A stretch of 64,000 nt of DNA from a bacterium (lineage in GTDB: Bacteria > Patescibacteriota > Minisyncoccia > Phycocordibacterales > UBA918), in NCBI GenBank assembly GCA_002710785.1, contig PAMC01000016.1, forward strand, positions 13,435 to 77,434, read 5' to 3'. The position numbers were made by a program, and so were the translations under genes. Numbering within the stretch: position 1 is the first letter of the stretch; each line of letters starts with the position of its first letter. Positions 17,561 through 27,250 of this stretch are shown here, one piece after another. Below the pieces are notes generated by a model. That model saw only the letters and a list, made by a program, of their open reading frames with translations. It was not told the origin of the DNA and made no database searches.

Positions 17561-18533
17561 GATCTTCTGCTGGTGATTGCCCCTCGTACACATGCAGCGG
17601 CAAGGCAGCGGCCCCATCTGTATGTGCAATCGGTGACCGCAGCCGACGTGCAAGGTACACATAAAACAATACAGAGAGGATAACGAGCGCCACTACAAAA
17701 GCCAATAGCACCGGCCACGGCAGGTACCAAAATGAATCGCTCATTGAAACAGCTGCCAACTGCTGGTTTTGGTAATCGACGCGCACAGCTGCAGCGTACG
17801 CGCCAAGCCACGGGAGTGCCGGAGTGGCTGTCGCAACACTAAGTACCTCGCCTGGTGCCAATGGTGCGCCGCCAGGGTTGATCGGTACCGCAGCCACTTC
17901 AGCACCTCGTTTGTTAGTGATTATAATCTCTCCTTGTGGCACCACTGTTTTTGTCCCAGGATTACTAATCCGGTAGGCAATCGCAGGCTGTGTATCGGCC
18001 AAGACGAGATTCGTAATATCTAGCGACACCGCACCGTCAGTCTGAATATCTTTCTCCGGAACGGTTAGCCGTAGAACTACTCCGGGCGCCACTCCCCGCT
18101 CAACCGCTTGCTGTGCAGTCGGTCGGTCGATACCTTGCCCGAACCCAAGCAGCGCCCGGTACACACCAGACTCAACATCACGCGGAATCGCCAATCGCAC
18201 TGAAACAATAACCTCCTCCTCAGGTAATAAACGCTGTCCCGCCTGGGTCATGGTGAGCCACTTGGCGACAACTGTCTCGCCCGACGGGAGAATTTGCTCT
18301 TGGGTGCTGGTACCGTCGCGCACTTCGAGTAGGCCATGAACCGACGGGTACACTGTGATTCGGTACGGGTAGGTATTTCTCACTGTTATCTCGGCGCTCA
18401 CAATGTCACCTGGCTGAACGGTTTCCTCGATGGCACGTGGAGAAACGTGGTGAATAGTCTGAGCCGACACAGTGTTACCGCTGGCAAAGACAGCGATTGT
18501 GAGTAACATGATTATTGTCGGTAGGGCGCGCAT
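17538..18533 (-). CDS. DUF916/DUF3324-like cell-surface protein, C-terminal TM anchor
   Basis: Signal peptide; HHVSPRAIEETVQPGDIVSAEITVRNTYPYRITVYPSV; second beta domain AIAYRISNPGTKTVVPQGEIIITNKRG; TM LLAFVVALVILSVLFYVYLARRLRS; paralog of 15917..17560 and 33683..34606. Confidence 0.55.
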   Translation of the reverse strand: MRALPTIIMLLTIAVFASGNTVSAQTIHHVSPRAIEETVQPGDIVSAEITVRNTYPYRITVYPSVHGLLEVRDGTSTQEQILPSGETVVAKWLTMTQAGQRLLPEEEVIVSVRLAIPRDVESGVYRALLGFGQGIDRPTAQQAVERGVAPGVVLRLTVPEKDIQTDGAVSLDITNLVLADTQPAIAYRISNPGTKTVVPQGEIIITNKRGAEVAAVPINPGGAPLAPGEVLSVATATPALPWLGAYAAAVRVDYQNQQLAAVSMSDSFWYLPWPVLLAFVVALVILSVLFYVYLARRLRSPIAHTDGAAALPLHVYEGQSPAEDHDINLKT

Positions 18534-18535
18534 AA

Positions 18536-21500
18536 TTAGAATTCTGGTGTCACCAAGTACACAATATCGCTTGAGTAGTCGCCCGGCGGCTGTGTGCCAG
18601 TAACCACTATTCTGTATATTATATCCTCACTCTCTGTTGCTGGCACGGCACTGTACATGATTTCTTCTGGTGTAGTACTGGCCGCAGCGTAGGTATCGTC
18701 AAGGGCAAAGCGGCTGGTATTGCCTGAAAGTGTATCGTCACCAGCGTGGTACCCGAAACAGCTCGTGAGCCCAGAGCAACCAGCGCTCCATCCGCTTGGT
18801 GCGCTATTGGTGCCGGCAATGTCAGCAATGGTATCAGAATCGCTATTCTGCAGTTGTTGGCGCGTGTAGAGTTGAGTCCGATAGCCGCTGACAGCATTAG
18901 TATCGATTGATAAGCGTTGTCCAGCAATAGCATCACTGTCAGTTACCAGCGAACCGAATGGAATGGTCGTGGCAGTAGTGCTCGCAGTCGTCACCACACC
19001 TTCGGTTGAGGTGCCGGCTGGTAAACCGTTAACCGTAAAAGCGAGACTGCCCGACTCACCTACCAGCGATGGGTAGGTGGCTCCACTATCAAGTGGTACG
19101 ACGTCTCCGTTTGCTACGTCGTACACCCGGAAGTACCACACCTGACCGTAGTACCCAGAAATATTTTGGTACTGAATCGTAAACTCAAATTCAGTGGCGC
19201 TAAGCGCGGTATGCGTGTACCCAGTTAGCGTTAGATCCGATTCGTTGTGAGTACCACAGCCGACGCCCACACCAGCGTTACAGATATCGGTATTTGTTAA
19301 CACCTTTTCATCGATGATCGCATTATCGACGCCGGCGCCATCGTCGTAGCACCAGACATCGCTACCACCACAACTACCACTGTTTACCACATCGTTAACG
19401 GTGGCGAAGCCAGCTGAGTCAGAGTACTGGAGGCGGAACCGGGCGTTGGCTTGTTCGAGATTGTTAAGCTCGTCGACAATAACGCGCAGTTTAACGGTAT
19501 TACCTTTTTGAACTTCGACAGGTGCAACATTCTCAGCTGCTAGGTCGGTGCTCGGTGTGAGAGAGGTTTCATCGTCGTACCAACGCCAATCTGACTGCAC
19601 AGGTGAGTACCCTTCAGTGCGCAGCGAAGGATAGGTGAGGTATTCGGCGAGCTGCGTGCCATCATCTTGTACAACCCGGAAGCAGTAGTCGGAGCGTTGT
19701 GTTGCGCCATTGTGCTGAATCACCCAATCGTACTCAACATCTTCGTCTGCATTTACACTGTACGGGTTGGCAGTTGCTGAGCCACCCTCAACATACCGAC
19801 CAGACCGGTCGGAGACCGCCAAAAGTGTTTGGCCACCGGTTGGCGGGTTGGTACCAATAGCTGCATTGTCTGCAACCGCACCGTTATCAAAACCGCGCCA
19901 GATCGATCCGCTCCCGGGGGCTCCAACATCGTTCCAGCTGCTGATTGCAGAGCAGGTGGTTTCTTGTAGACCGTACTGCAACTTAAGTGACTGGAGCGTT
20001 GCAGGTAGCGTGCCGTTTGTGATGAGAAGTGAGGTGCGTAAGCGAATTACGTCACCGTCACCAACCGGTGTGTCGAGTACCGTGATCGGACTATTTTCAC
20101 CAATGCTGCCGGCGCCAGGGGGCCAGGCGTCGGTGGGGGTAAGGGCGTTTGTGTTGTCGTACCAGCGGTAGTCGTTTTGGCGGATTGAGACGTCTGCGGC
20201 CGGCCACTCCACAACCATGGCACGATACGAAAGGGTGCCTTGCGTGTCTGAACGCCAGATCTCAAAGGTGGTGGAGCTCGTAAGATACAAGCCAGCCATA
20301 ATTTCCGGGAAGTTGTTGGTCGCGCGATCAATAGTCGTGTTACCGAAAATCGCCGCATTATTGATGTCGTTTACACCAACCGCATCAAACGACACTGAAG
20401 TAGTGGCTGGTGCGGTACCCCCGGTAAAGAGTCCGCTCGCTGGAAAAACGGTCATCTCCCCTGCTCCGTTTTGAATATTTTCTATAACCCAGACTACCGC
20501 AGTATGGGTTTGGGCCATATCTGCGCCCGAGTCGAGCGAAAATGAGACCACTCCCATACTCGAGAGCCACGCCTGTACACCGTAGCTCGCCTGTTGTGAG
20601 GTAAACGTGTGCCGTTTTTGTGTCTCCAGAAAAGCTTTGGTGACAGCACTGACCGGCGTGATCGACTCTGTTTCGGTGACGCCGGCGCTTGAGAATTCAT
20701 GTTCCACTCGCTGCACCTTCCAGTTGCCACCTAAAAACTCCACAACAGCGTAGCTAAAGTCCGCACTGGTGTTGGTGGCACTTCTCGTAAGCACTACCTG
20801 ATTGGTGGAGCTCGACCAAGCGGCGGTTGCACGGTTGTTGCTAAAATTACCACGCGAAGCGTTAGTCATACGAGCTCCGGTAATAAACACAGCAATATCG
20901 CCATCGTCGGTAATTGGATTTATGGCTGAGCTTGTGGCGTACGTTTGTCCCGAGCTCATGCTAATAGTTCCTACGTCTCGCACAACCATTTCGTTGTCGG
21001 TACCAGGATCACCAATAAACTCAATGATTTCCCAGGCCACAAACGTGTTATTCACAGAGTCGGTATCACGCGTAATAGTAAAACTAGTTGGTAAGTTACT
21101 GGATGTGATGTACGCGGAAACATCGTCTGGATTTTGGTTACCGGCGCCGGTGTCACGACCAGCACCTGTGTGGTGGAAGTTGGTAATACGAACAAACGCC
21201 ACACTCGTTGAGGCGGGGGCGTCGTAGTCAACGCCGGCCGTAAGTGTAAGACTCGAACCACTGATGACGTTCGTGCCACGCTGCGTCTTGTAGTCACGGT
21301 TAGTTTTGGTGCTAATTTCTGGATACACATCGTACGCCACGAGAGGAGTGCCGTTCTCAACGACCCGGAAACAGAAATCAGTCTCAAATGGCGTATTGGC
21401 GGTAGTTGTGATTGAGAACTCAAAATCAACGTAATTTGTGCTCGAGAGAGTAGTGGTTGGTGTGCTAGCATCAGTTTCGGCTATACCTCCGTTACTGGTT

Positions 21501-24500
21501 AAGAAGTCTGCTTCTTCGTCACTTACACCACCATCAGCCACTGGAATATCAGTTGTATCACTCCCGTCAGTAAGAAACGTGGAGTCGTACATATCCCACG
21601 AGTCATTAGCAAAGGCATCGACGTTGGTCCAGCTGGCAACCACATCACATGTTGTCTCTCTGATGCCGTACTGCAACGTGTACTGGACAGGAACAGAAGA
21701 TGTGCCACCCTCGTTAGAGAGCCCGAGACGCAACCGGTACGGCTCGTTCTTGTCGATGTCGAGCACTGCCGTGTCCTCCGTCCCGCTGGTGGCTGAGCTA
21801 GCGGTTGTTTCAGTGCCGTTATCATTACGCCAGTGGTAATGCACCTGGGTAACAATTGCCCCTGAGACACTGGTGGTGCTCGCAATAGTAACCGCCGTAC
21901 TTGGCGCCACCGATGCGCCGCCCGAGACGGTAATTTGTGTATTCGGGTTAGTAATTTCAAGCTCAATTGTGTCCCCGTTTTGGGCAGTGTTCTCGACGTC
22001 GTACACAACATACACACATAGCGCACTGGTGGTCGAAATACCAACACTGTCAGAAAACGATGCGTTACCGTTGGCGGCGTCAAAGTTGGCGACGGTACTC
22101 CCAAATTGGGACTCTGTACCAGCGTACGATTCGCTGGCGCAGTTGTACGGTGCTGAGGTGTCGCTGTCGTAATACAGCTCAATATTAGCAACATCTGTGT
22201 CGGCATCAATGGTACCCATCTCAGCGATGGTAATGGCCGTGACATTGCGTGCGTCACTAGCCTCGGTGATAACAAACGCGCCACCGCCGTAGATGTCGAC
22301 ATCGCCAATTTCTGCATTCGCCACCTGGTTGCCAACACTGCTCACGTTAACATCAGCGGCAATGGACGCAGTTGGGTATTCAATATACTGACCGAGTACG
22401 GCACCCCCCTCACTAAGCCTAAAGCAGTAGGTGCTTCCCTGTGAAGCTGTGGTCGACGCAACGAGTGAAAACTCGTACTCCACAAATTCAGTACTGGTAA
22501 GCGTAATGCTGTTGGTTTGTGATGTGGTGTCGAGCAAGCCACCGTTTGGCGAGGCAAACGAAGAGTTTGGGTTGCTTACACCCCCACTGCTCGTCGCAAT
22601 GTCGGTGCTGTCGGTGCCGTTGGTGATAAAACTGGAATTGTGCATGTTCCACGCATCGTCTGCGTCGTCGACCCCCGTCCAGGTGCCCACATCTCCACAG
22701 GTCGGGTTAGCTACTCCAAATTCGAGCTCAAAGTTTGTACTTAGCGTTGACGTTGAGCCTTCGTTGGAAAGGGCGATACGCAGACGTCGAGGTTGATTGC
22801 GTGGTAAATCAACCAGGCCGGTATTTTCCACACCAGCGGTAACAGAGGTAGCACCACTCTCGTTACCGTTGTCATTGCGCCAATGGTACCCCGTTTGTTG
22901 AAGATCGGGCCGCACCACGGTGGTGGCACCTGAAAGAGCGATGGCAGTGTTAGGTTTTGGGGTGATGCCGCCGGTTACCGAGACGTCTGTACTCGAATTG
23001 CTAATTTCTACATCAATCGTTTGTCCGTCGTCAGCCGATCCGAGGACGTCAAGCAGTACGTACACACAGAGCGTACTTGAGGTGGCAACCGAAACCGAAT
23101 CCACGAACGTTGCAATACCATTAGCGCCGTTAAAACCGTTGGTGTCAGTCGCGCCGTACTGCAACTCTGAACCGTCATAGCTCTCACTCGAGCAGTCGTA
23201 GGGAGCTGACGTATCTAATTCGTAGAGCAGGCGAATATTGGCAATGTCGTTAGCACCATCAACCGAACCGTCTTCAGTGATCGTAATACCCGTAACCGAG
23301 CGACTGCTGTCGAACTCTGTAAACACGAAGGTGCCGCCGAGGTAGTTGCTCGTAGTGCTTCCTCGCACCTCGGAAATTTGCGAACCAATACTCGACACCG
23401 TCAGTGGTGGCGTCGGGTCGAGCATGGTTTCACCACGAATATCAAGCGGTGTGAGCGCATGCCAGCTCACGTAGAGCCGTTGGTCGGAGCGGTAATTAGT
23501 GTCGACGCCGTAGAAGTCGTCAGTGGCGACATTAAGTGGACCATTGTCGATACTCCAGCTGCCCATGGCACTGGTTGAACTCGCCCAGTACACGTTAGCG
23601 GAGGTGCTGCTGCCAATTGTGCCTCGCGCACCGTACGCAACGTAGACATCATCGGTGTTAGCGTCAACCGCCATGGCCAAATCGGTAATACCTCGACTAT
23701 CGTTGGTGAGGATGTCAGCCGTTTTACTCCAGCTGCCACCACTGTACTTGGCGGTACGAATGTCGTGGTCGGCGGCCGTAAAATTATTGTTGTCTGCAGT
23801 ATACGCCAGGTGAACATCGCCAGTGTCCGGGTCGACCACTGCAGTCATGCCTACTTCGTACGTCGCGCTCTCAACCGCCGACGCATCAATCGCGGTCCAC
23901 GATGCGTCCCAACTCGTGTTGTCCCACACCTTCGAGCGAACATCATTAGCGTTACGGTCGCGGTCAATGACCATGATGTCGCCACCTAACAGTGGCACAA
24001 GAATCTGCATGTCGCCTGTAACTACATCAAGCGGGTTAGTACCAGTTTCTGACCACGATGTCGACAGGTCACAGTTGCTGCTACACTCAACAATAAAACC
24101 ATCCGTGTTATCGGTTAAGCCTGTGTAAATGGTGCCGTCTGTCCCCTTCGTAAGTGCGGGTTTTGCTGCGCCGTGGCTAATAGTTGGTGTCTGGCCAGTG
24201 GTGGCATCGGTACCTGAGAGGCCGACAAGCAAAGTGTCGTTGGTGGTATCGAGGCGGTTGTAGCGGATATCTTCTCGCGCACTGTTTTGGTGCATGGTGA
24301 CAATGTGGATGTAGTCACCAGTGTCCCCCGGCGTCCACTGATCGTACCAGACTGAGATCGAGCCACAGTCGCTAAAGTTATTAAACTGCGTCGCACCGCC
24401 CCAAGTAGCACCGCCATCAGTGGTTTTTGAGTAGTAACAGGTACCGTTGGTGATGGTATAAAACCGGTAGCCAGTTTGATCATCGGTAAAGACAGTAGAA

Positions 24501-24697
24501 AAACCAGATTTTTGGTGCCGAGTCGGTTGGTTATCTGCGTTGTTGGCAATCACAGCTTCGGCAGCAATTATAGGCCGAAAGGAGAAGAAAAGCAGCCCAA
24601 ACAGAAGTACCATCAAGCACGAAAACCAAATCCGTCTCTCAGTCTGAGTCCATATGCAACAAAACTCACGGACGTTGCCGAATATCGTTAAATTCAC
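18536..24697 (-). CDS. giant secreted protein (2053 aa): N-terminal Asp-box (BNR) beta-propeller, four copies of an uncharacterised about 200-aa module, conserved C-terminal domain
   Basis: Signal anchor; Asp-box SKTTDGGATWGG and S-x-SWS repeats; modules starting YHWRNDNG (x2), YRWYDN, DWRWYDDE, each with R-L-R, L-Q-Y-G/S, C-F-R and Y-P motifs; C-terminus ...YSSDIVYLVTPEF. Confidence 0.8.
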   Translation of the reverse strand: MNLTIFGNVREFCCIWTQTERRIWFSCLMVLLFGLLFFSFRPIIAAEAVIANNADNQPTRHQKSGFSTVFTDDQTGYRFYTITNGTCYYSKTTDGGATWGGATQFNNFSDCGSISVWYDQWTPGDTGDYIHIVTMHQNSAREDIRYNRLDTTNDTLLVGLSGTDATTGQTPTISHGAAKPALTKGTDGTIYTGLTDNTDGFIVECSSNCDLSTSWSETGTNPLDVVTGDMQILVPLLGGDIMVIDRDRNANDVRSKVWDNTSWDASWTAIDASAVESATYEVGMTAVVDPDTGDVHLAYTADNNNFTAADHDIRTAKYSGGSWSKTADILTNDSRGITDLAMAVDANTDDVYVAYGARGTIGSSTSANVYWASSTSAMGSWSIDNGPLNVATDDFYGVDTNYRSDQRLYVSWHALTPLDIRGETMLDPTPPLTVSSIGSQISEVRGSTTSNYLGGTFVFTEFDSSRSVTGITITEDGSVDGANDIANIRLLYELDTSAPYDCSSESYDGSELQYGATDTNGFNGANGIATFVDSVSVATSSTLCVYVLLDVLGSADDGQTIDVEISNSSTDVSVTGGITPKPNTAIALSGATTVVRPDLQQTGYHWRNDNGNESGATSVTAGVENTGLVDLPRNQPRRLRIALSNEGSTSTLSTNFELEFGVANPTCGDVGTWTGVDDADDAWNMHNSSFITNGTDSTDIATSSGGVSNPNSSFASPNGGLLDTTSQTNSITLTSTEFVEYEFSLVASTTASQGSTYCFRLSEGGAVLGQYIEYPTASIAADVNVSSVGNQVANAEIGDVDIYGGGAFVITEASDARNVTAITIAEMGTIDADTDVANIELYYDSDTSAPYNCASESYAGTESQFGSTVANFDAANGNASFSDSVGISTTSALCVYVVYDVENTAQNGDTIELEITNPNTQITVSGGASVAPSTAVTIASTTSVSGAIVTQVHYHWRNDNGTETTASSATSGTEDTAVLDIDKNEPYRLRLGLSNEGGTSSVPVQYTLQYGIRETTCDVVASWTNVDAFANDSWDMYDSTFLTDGSDTTDIPVADGGVSDEEADFLTSNGGIAETDASTPTTTLSSTNYVDFEFSITTTANTPFETDFCFRVVENGTPLVAYDVYPEISTKTNRDYKTQRGTNVISGSSLTLTAGVDYDAPASTSVAFVRITNFHHTGAGRDTGAGNQNPDDVSAYITSSNLPTSFTITRDTDSVNNTFVAWEIIEFIGDPGTDNEMVVRDVGTISMSSGQTYATSSAINPITDDGDIAVFITGARMTNASRGNFSNNRATAAWSSSTNQVVLTRSATNTSADFSYAVVEFLGGNWKVQRVEHEFSSAGVTETESITPVSAVTKAFLETQKRHTFTSQQASYGVQAWLSSMGVVSFSLDSGADMAQTHTAVVWVIENIQNGAGEMTVFPASGLFTGGTAPATTSVSFDAVGVNDINNAAIFGNTTIDRATNNFPEIMAGLYLTSSTTFEIWRSDTQGTLSYRAMVVEWPAADVSIRQNDYRWYDNTNALTPTDAWPPGAGSIGENSPITVLDTPVGDGDVIRLRTSLLITNGTLPATLQSLKLQYGLQETTCSAISSWNDVGAPGSGSIWRGFDNGAVADNAAIGTNPPTGGQTLLAVSDRSGRYVEGGSATANPYSVNADEDVEYDWVIQHNGATQRSDYCFRVVQDDGTQLAEYLTYPSLRTEGYSPVQSDWRWYDDETSLTPSTDLAAENVAPVEVQKGNTVKLRVIVDELNNLEQANARFRLQYSDSAGFATVNDVVNSGSCGGSDVWCYDDGAGVDNAIIDEKVLTNTDICNAGVGVGCGTHNESDLTLTGYTHTALSATEFEFTIQYQNISGYYGQVWYFRVYDVANGDVVPLDSGATYPSLVGESGSLAFTVNGLPAGTSTEGVVTTASTTATTIPFGSLVTDSDAIAGQRLSIDTNAVSGYRTQLYTRQQLQNSDSDTIADIAGTNSAPSGWSAGCSGLTSCFGYHAGDDTLSGNTSRFALDDTYAAASTTPEEIMYSAVPATESEDIIYRIVVTGTQPPGDYSSDIVYLVTPEF

Positions 24698-24715
24698 CCC
24701 TTAATAATACCGTAT

Positions 24716-26296
24716 TTACTGCTCAGTACTGGTGGCTGCCGGTGGAATAACCAGGTCAAATTCGGGGTCTGGGAGCACGTCTGGAGCCGGTGACTTCTCG
24801 GGTACGGTAGAGGTTGCCAAATCGAGGATGAGCGGGTTATCGGAAGCTTCGGCTGGCGTACTGGTTGCTGCTGGCGCAGGCTCAGTTTGCGGAGCACTAC
24901 TCGTGGCAGTAGTGGCACTGGAACCAGTGCCAGACATCAGTGGCTCCGACACAATCTCATCTTCTTCAAGAGTAGGTTTGTACTGCACAAGCGCTCGGAC
25001 CTCGTTTGTTGGATCACTCGAAGGTAGCTCATCAGGGAGTTCTGCTGGCAAAGCCTCGATTGGTACTAACTCTTGGGTAATCGGGTCAAACCCGCGAATG
25101 ACTCGGTCCCCTTCTGGGGTAAGGCCTTCGTACACGAGTAGCATGCGAGCATTTTGCACTGATGCACCCACTGATGCGTCGTCAATTCGAGACTCTTCTT
25201 CGTTTTTAATATCGTACACAACAACTTCCTGGTTACCGTCGTACATTCGCTTCCAGACCACGAAACCTTCACTGACTGACGGTGCAACGTCCGGCATTGT
25301 GTTGTCGGTCAGCTGCCGCACTGATTCGCCGTCGTGCAACATAATTTCCCAGCTCTCGCTTCCCCACTGCTGCCACACAATAATGTCTCCCTGTCTAGTC
25401 GGTTCCATGTTGTTACTGCGTCCGGCAGTGAGTTGGGTTTCTGTTTCCTCATCAAAGTCGTAAACCATGATCTGGTACCGTCCAGAAATGAGCGTATGCC
25501 AGACGAGGGTGTCAGATTGCGCGTCGTAATACGGGGCAGCATCATCCCGTTTATTGTTGGTGATTTGGTACGTTTTTCCCTCCATCACCGCAAAAATCTC
25601 GCGATCCCCATCGCCATCAAGCGCTACATAGAAGCTGTCGGCTGGCGGCGGCTCTGGAGCACTTGATCCACAGTAGTACGAGCCGTCAGCTACCCGTACG
25701 CAGTCATCTTTAGAAAATTGATAGTAGTTTTGATTGGTGGCACCAGTGTGGCTAAGCGGGACAACTGGTGACGTAGTTGCGGCTACATCAGAAGCTGCCT
25801 CCGCTGCAGAGTCAGCCAGTAAGTTGTCCTCATCTGCGCTATCAGTGACGCTTTCCTCGTCGAGGACCGATGTGCTGGTTGCCTGCACAGGTGGCGTCGA
25901 TGAGGCCGAGGAGGTGTCATCAAGGTCCGGGTCGGGAACCACTTCATCACTATCCGGAGGGGCAGCTGGTGTACCTGATGGCTGATCTTCCTCGATTTCA
26001 GGTTCGGGCTGCACTACTTCGCTCGCTATTTCTTCTGGTGGTGCAATGTCTTCCGCCGATATACTAGACCCGGTCTCCACTCCGCCGCCCGTATCAGCTG
26101 GTTGCGTTTCCTCCACTTCTGCTACCGTGTCAGTCTCAATTTCTGTCGGTACCTCGTTGGCAAAAACCAAACTAACCGGCTGCGAGAACATGACGAGCAA
26201 CACCCACGTCGAAAACCACCGCACAAGACGGTTACCAAATACAAACCGGTAGAGCCACACCGACTGAATGCTATTGGTACTTATGGGCTTTGACAT
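24716..26296 (-). CDS. secreted beta-propeller-repeat protein with acidic low-complexity N- and C-terminal regions
   Basis: Signal anchor; repeats (GDIIVWQQWGSESWEIMLHDGESVRQLTDN; GFVVWKRMYDGNQEVVVYDIKNEEESRIDD; TLVWHTLISGRYQIMVYDFDEETETQLTAG) resembling TolB/PD40-type blades; long E/D/P/T-rich tracts. Confidence 0.55.
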   Translation of the reverse strand: MSKPISTNSIQSVWLYRFVFGNRLVRWFSTWVLLVMFSQPVSLVFANEVPTEIETDTVAEVEETQPADTGGGVETGSSISAEDIAPPEEIASEVVQPEPEIEEDQPSGTPAAPPDSDEVVPDPDLDDTSSASSTPPVQATSTSVLDEESVTDSADEDNLLADSAAEAASDVAATTSPVVPLSHTGATNQNYYQFSKDDCVRVADGSYYCGSSAPEPPPADSFYVALDGDGDREIFAVMEGKTYQITNNKRDDAAPYYDAQSDTLVWHTLISGRYQIMVYDFDEETETQLTAGRSNNMEPTRQGDIIVWQQWGSESWEIMLHDGESVRQLTDNTMPDVAPSVSEGFVVWKRMYDGNQEVVVYDIKNEEESRIDDASVGASVQNARMLLVYEGLTPEGDRVIRGFDPITQELVPIEALPAELPDELPSSDPTNEVRALVQYKPTLEEDEIVSEPLMSGTGSSATTATSSAPQTEPAPAATSTPAEASDNPLILDLATSTVPEKSPAPDVLPDPEFDLVIPPAATSTEQ

Positions 26297-26521
26297 GGTG
26301 GAGAATCATTGCGATACACTCAATTCAAGCGCAGCGCCAGATTCATCCGCAAAATCAAAGATCACAAACAAGCGTAAGTGAAAGTTATGGAATTGTACGA
26401 TTGGCTCTACGTTTGCTTTGAGCATATATACCCAGGCTCTAGCAGCACTTAGCTGCCAAAGCCCATCACACACCTATATATTTTACGATTTTTTGCCACA
26501 ACTCTGGCAAGTTATCAACAG

Positions 26522-27250
26522 TTAGTTAAAGAAGGAGTCGGCCAAAATAATAGCAAAATCAGTGAAATTCATGCGCCTGTCCTGGTTAAAATCGTACAGC
26601 CACTGCCTGTTGCGCCAGGCGCGCATAAATTCGTTAACATCGGCCAAACTGACGTTACCGTCGCCATCGATATCCGTAATAAACGAAATGGCCACATCAC
26701 CACTCAGGATGCCGTCTTCACTCACTCCAACCACCAAAATTGGTGTATCGGCAATCTCATCCACTTCACTACCGTTCCCATCACCAGCCAAAAGCGTCGT
26801 CTCACTGACGCTAAATTCAGCGCGTCCACCTGTATTGGCTTTGAAGTTAATTCGCGCAACTTGATGTTCACCCACAAACCCCTTGCGGAAGGTGCCGCCA
26901 CGCAGAATCACCTGCGACCCCTCAACGTACGGATCTTGTGTCCAGAGTGAGATTACTGACTCACCAGTGTCTATGCCGGTTACCTCAACCTGATTGCTGG
27001 GAAACGAGACGGCAATATCCACTGCATTTACCGAGCGGTGTGCACCAGCATAGACGTAGACTGAAAAAGAATCCCCGGCAGCAACACTGCGCTCTGGTGC
27101 CTCCAGCCTAATGTAAGAAGTTGTGTCAGTTAGGAGGACTGTGGCAACAAGCGAAAGGGCTGCGAGTGTGGCAAACGAAAACGTGTGTCGAATGGTACGC
27201 ACTCGGGCCTGTTTACGAAAACGGTGGAGTAAGCGACGGAGAAACATCAT
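26522..27250 (-). CDS. cohesin-like domain + dockerin protein
   Basis: N-terminal signal; cohesin-like block SFSVYVYAGAHRSVNAVDIAVSFPSNQVEVTGIDTGESVISLW...HQVARINFKANTGGRAEFSVSETTLLAGDGNGSEV; C-terminal dockerin F-hand repeats DIDGDGNVSLADVNEFMRAW and DFNQDRRMNFTDFAIILA. Confidence 0.6.
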   Translation of the reverse strand: MMFLRRLLHRFRKQARVRTIRHTFSFATLAALSLVATVLLTDTTSYIRLEAPERSVAAGDSFSVYVYAGAHRSVNAVDIAVSFPSNQVEVTGIDTGESVISLWTQDPYVEGSQVILRGGTFRKGFVGEHQVARINFKANTGGRAEFSVSETTLLAGDGNGSEVDEIADTPILVVGVSEDGILSGDVAISFITDIDGDGNVSLADVNEFMRAWRNRQWLYDFNQDRRMNFTDFAIILADSFFN

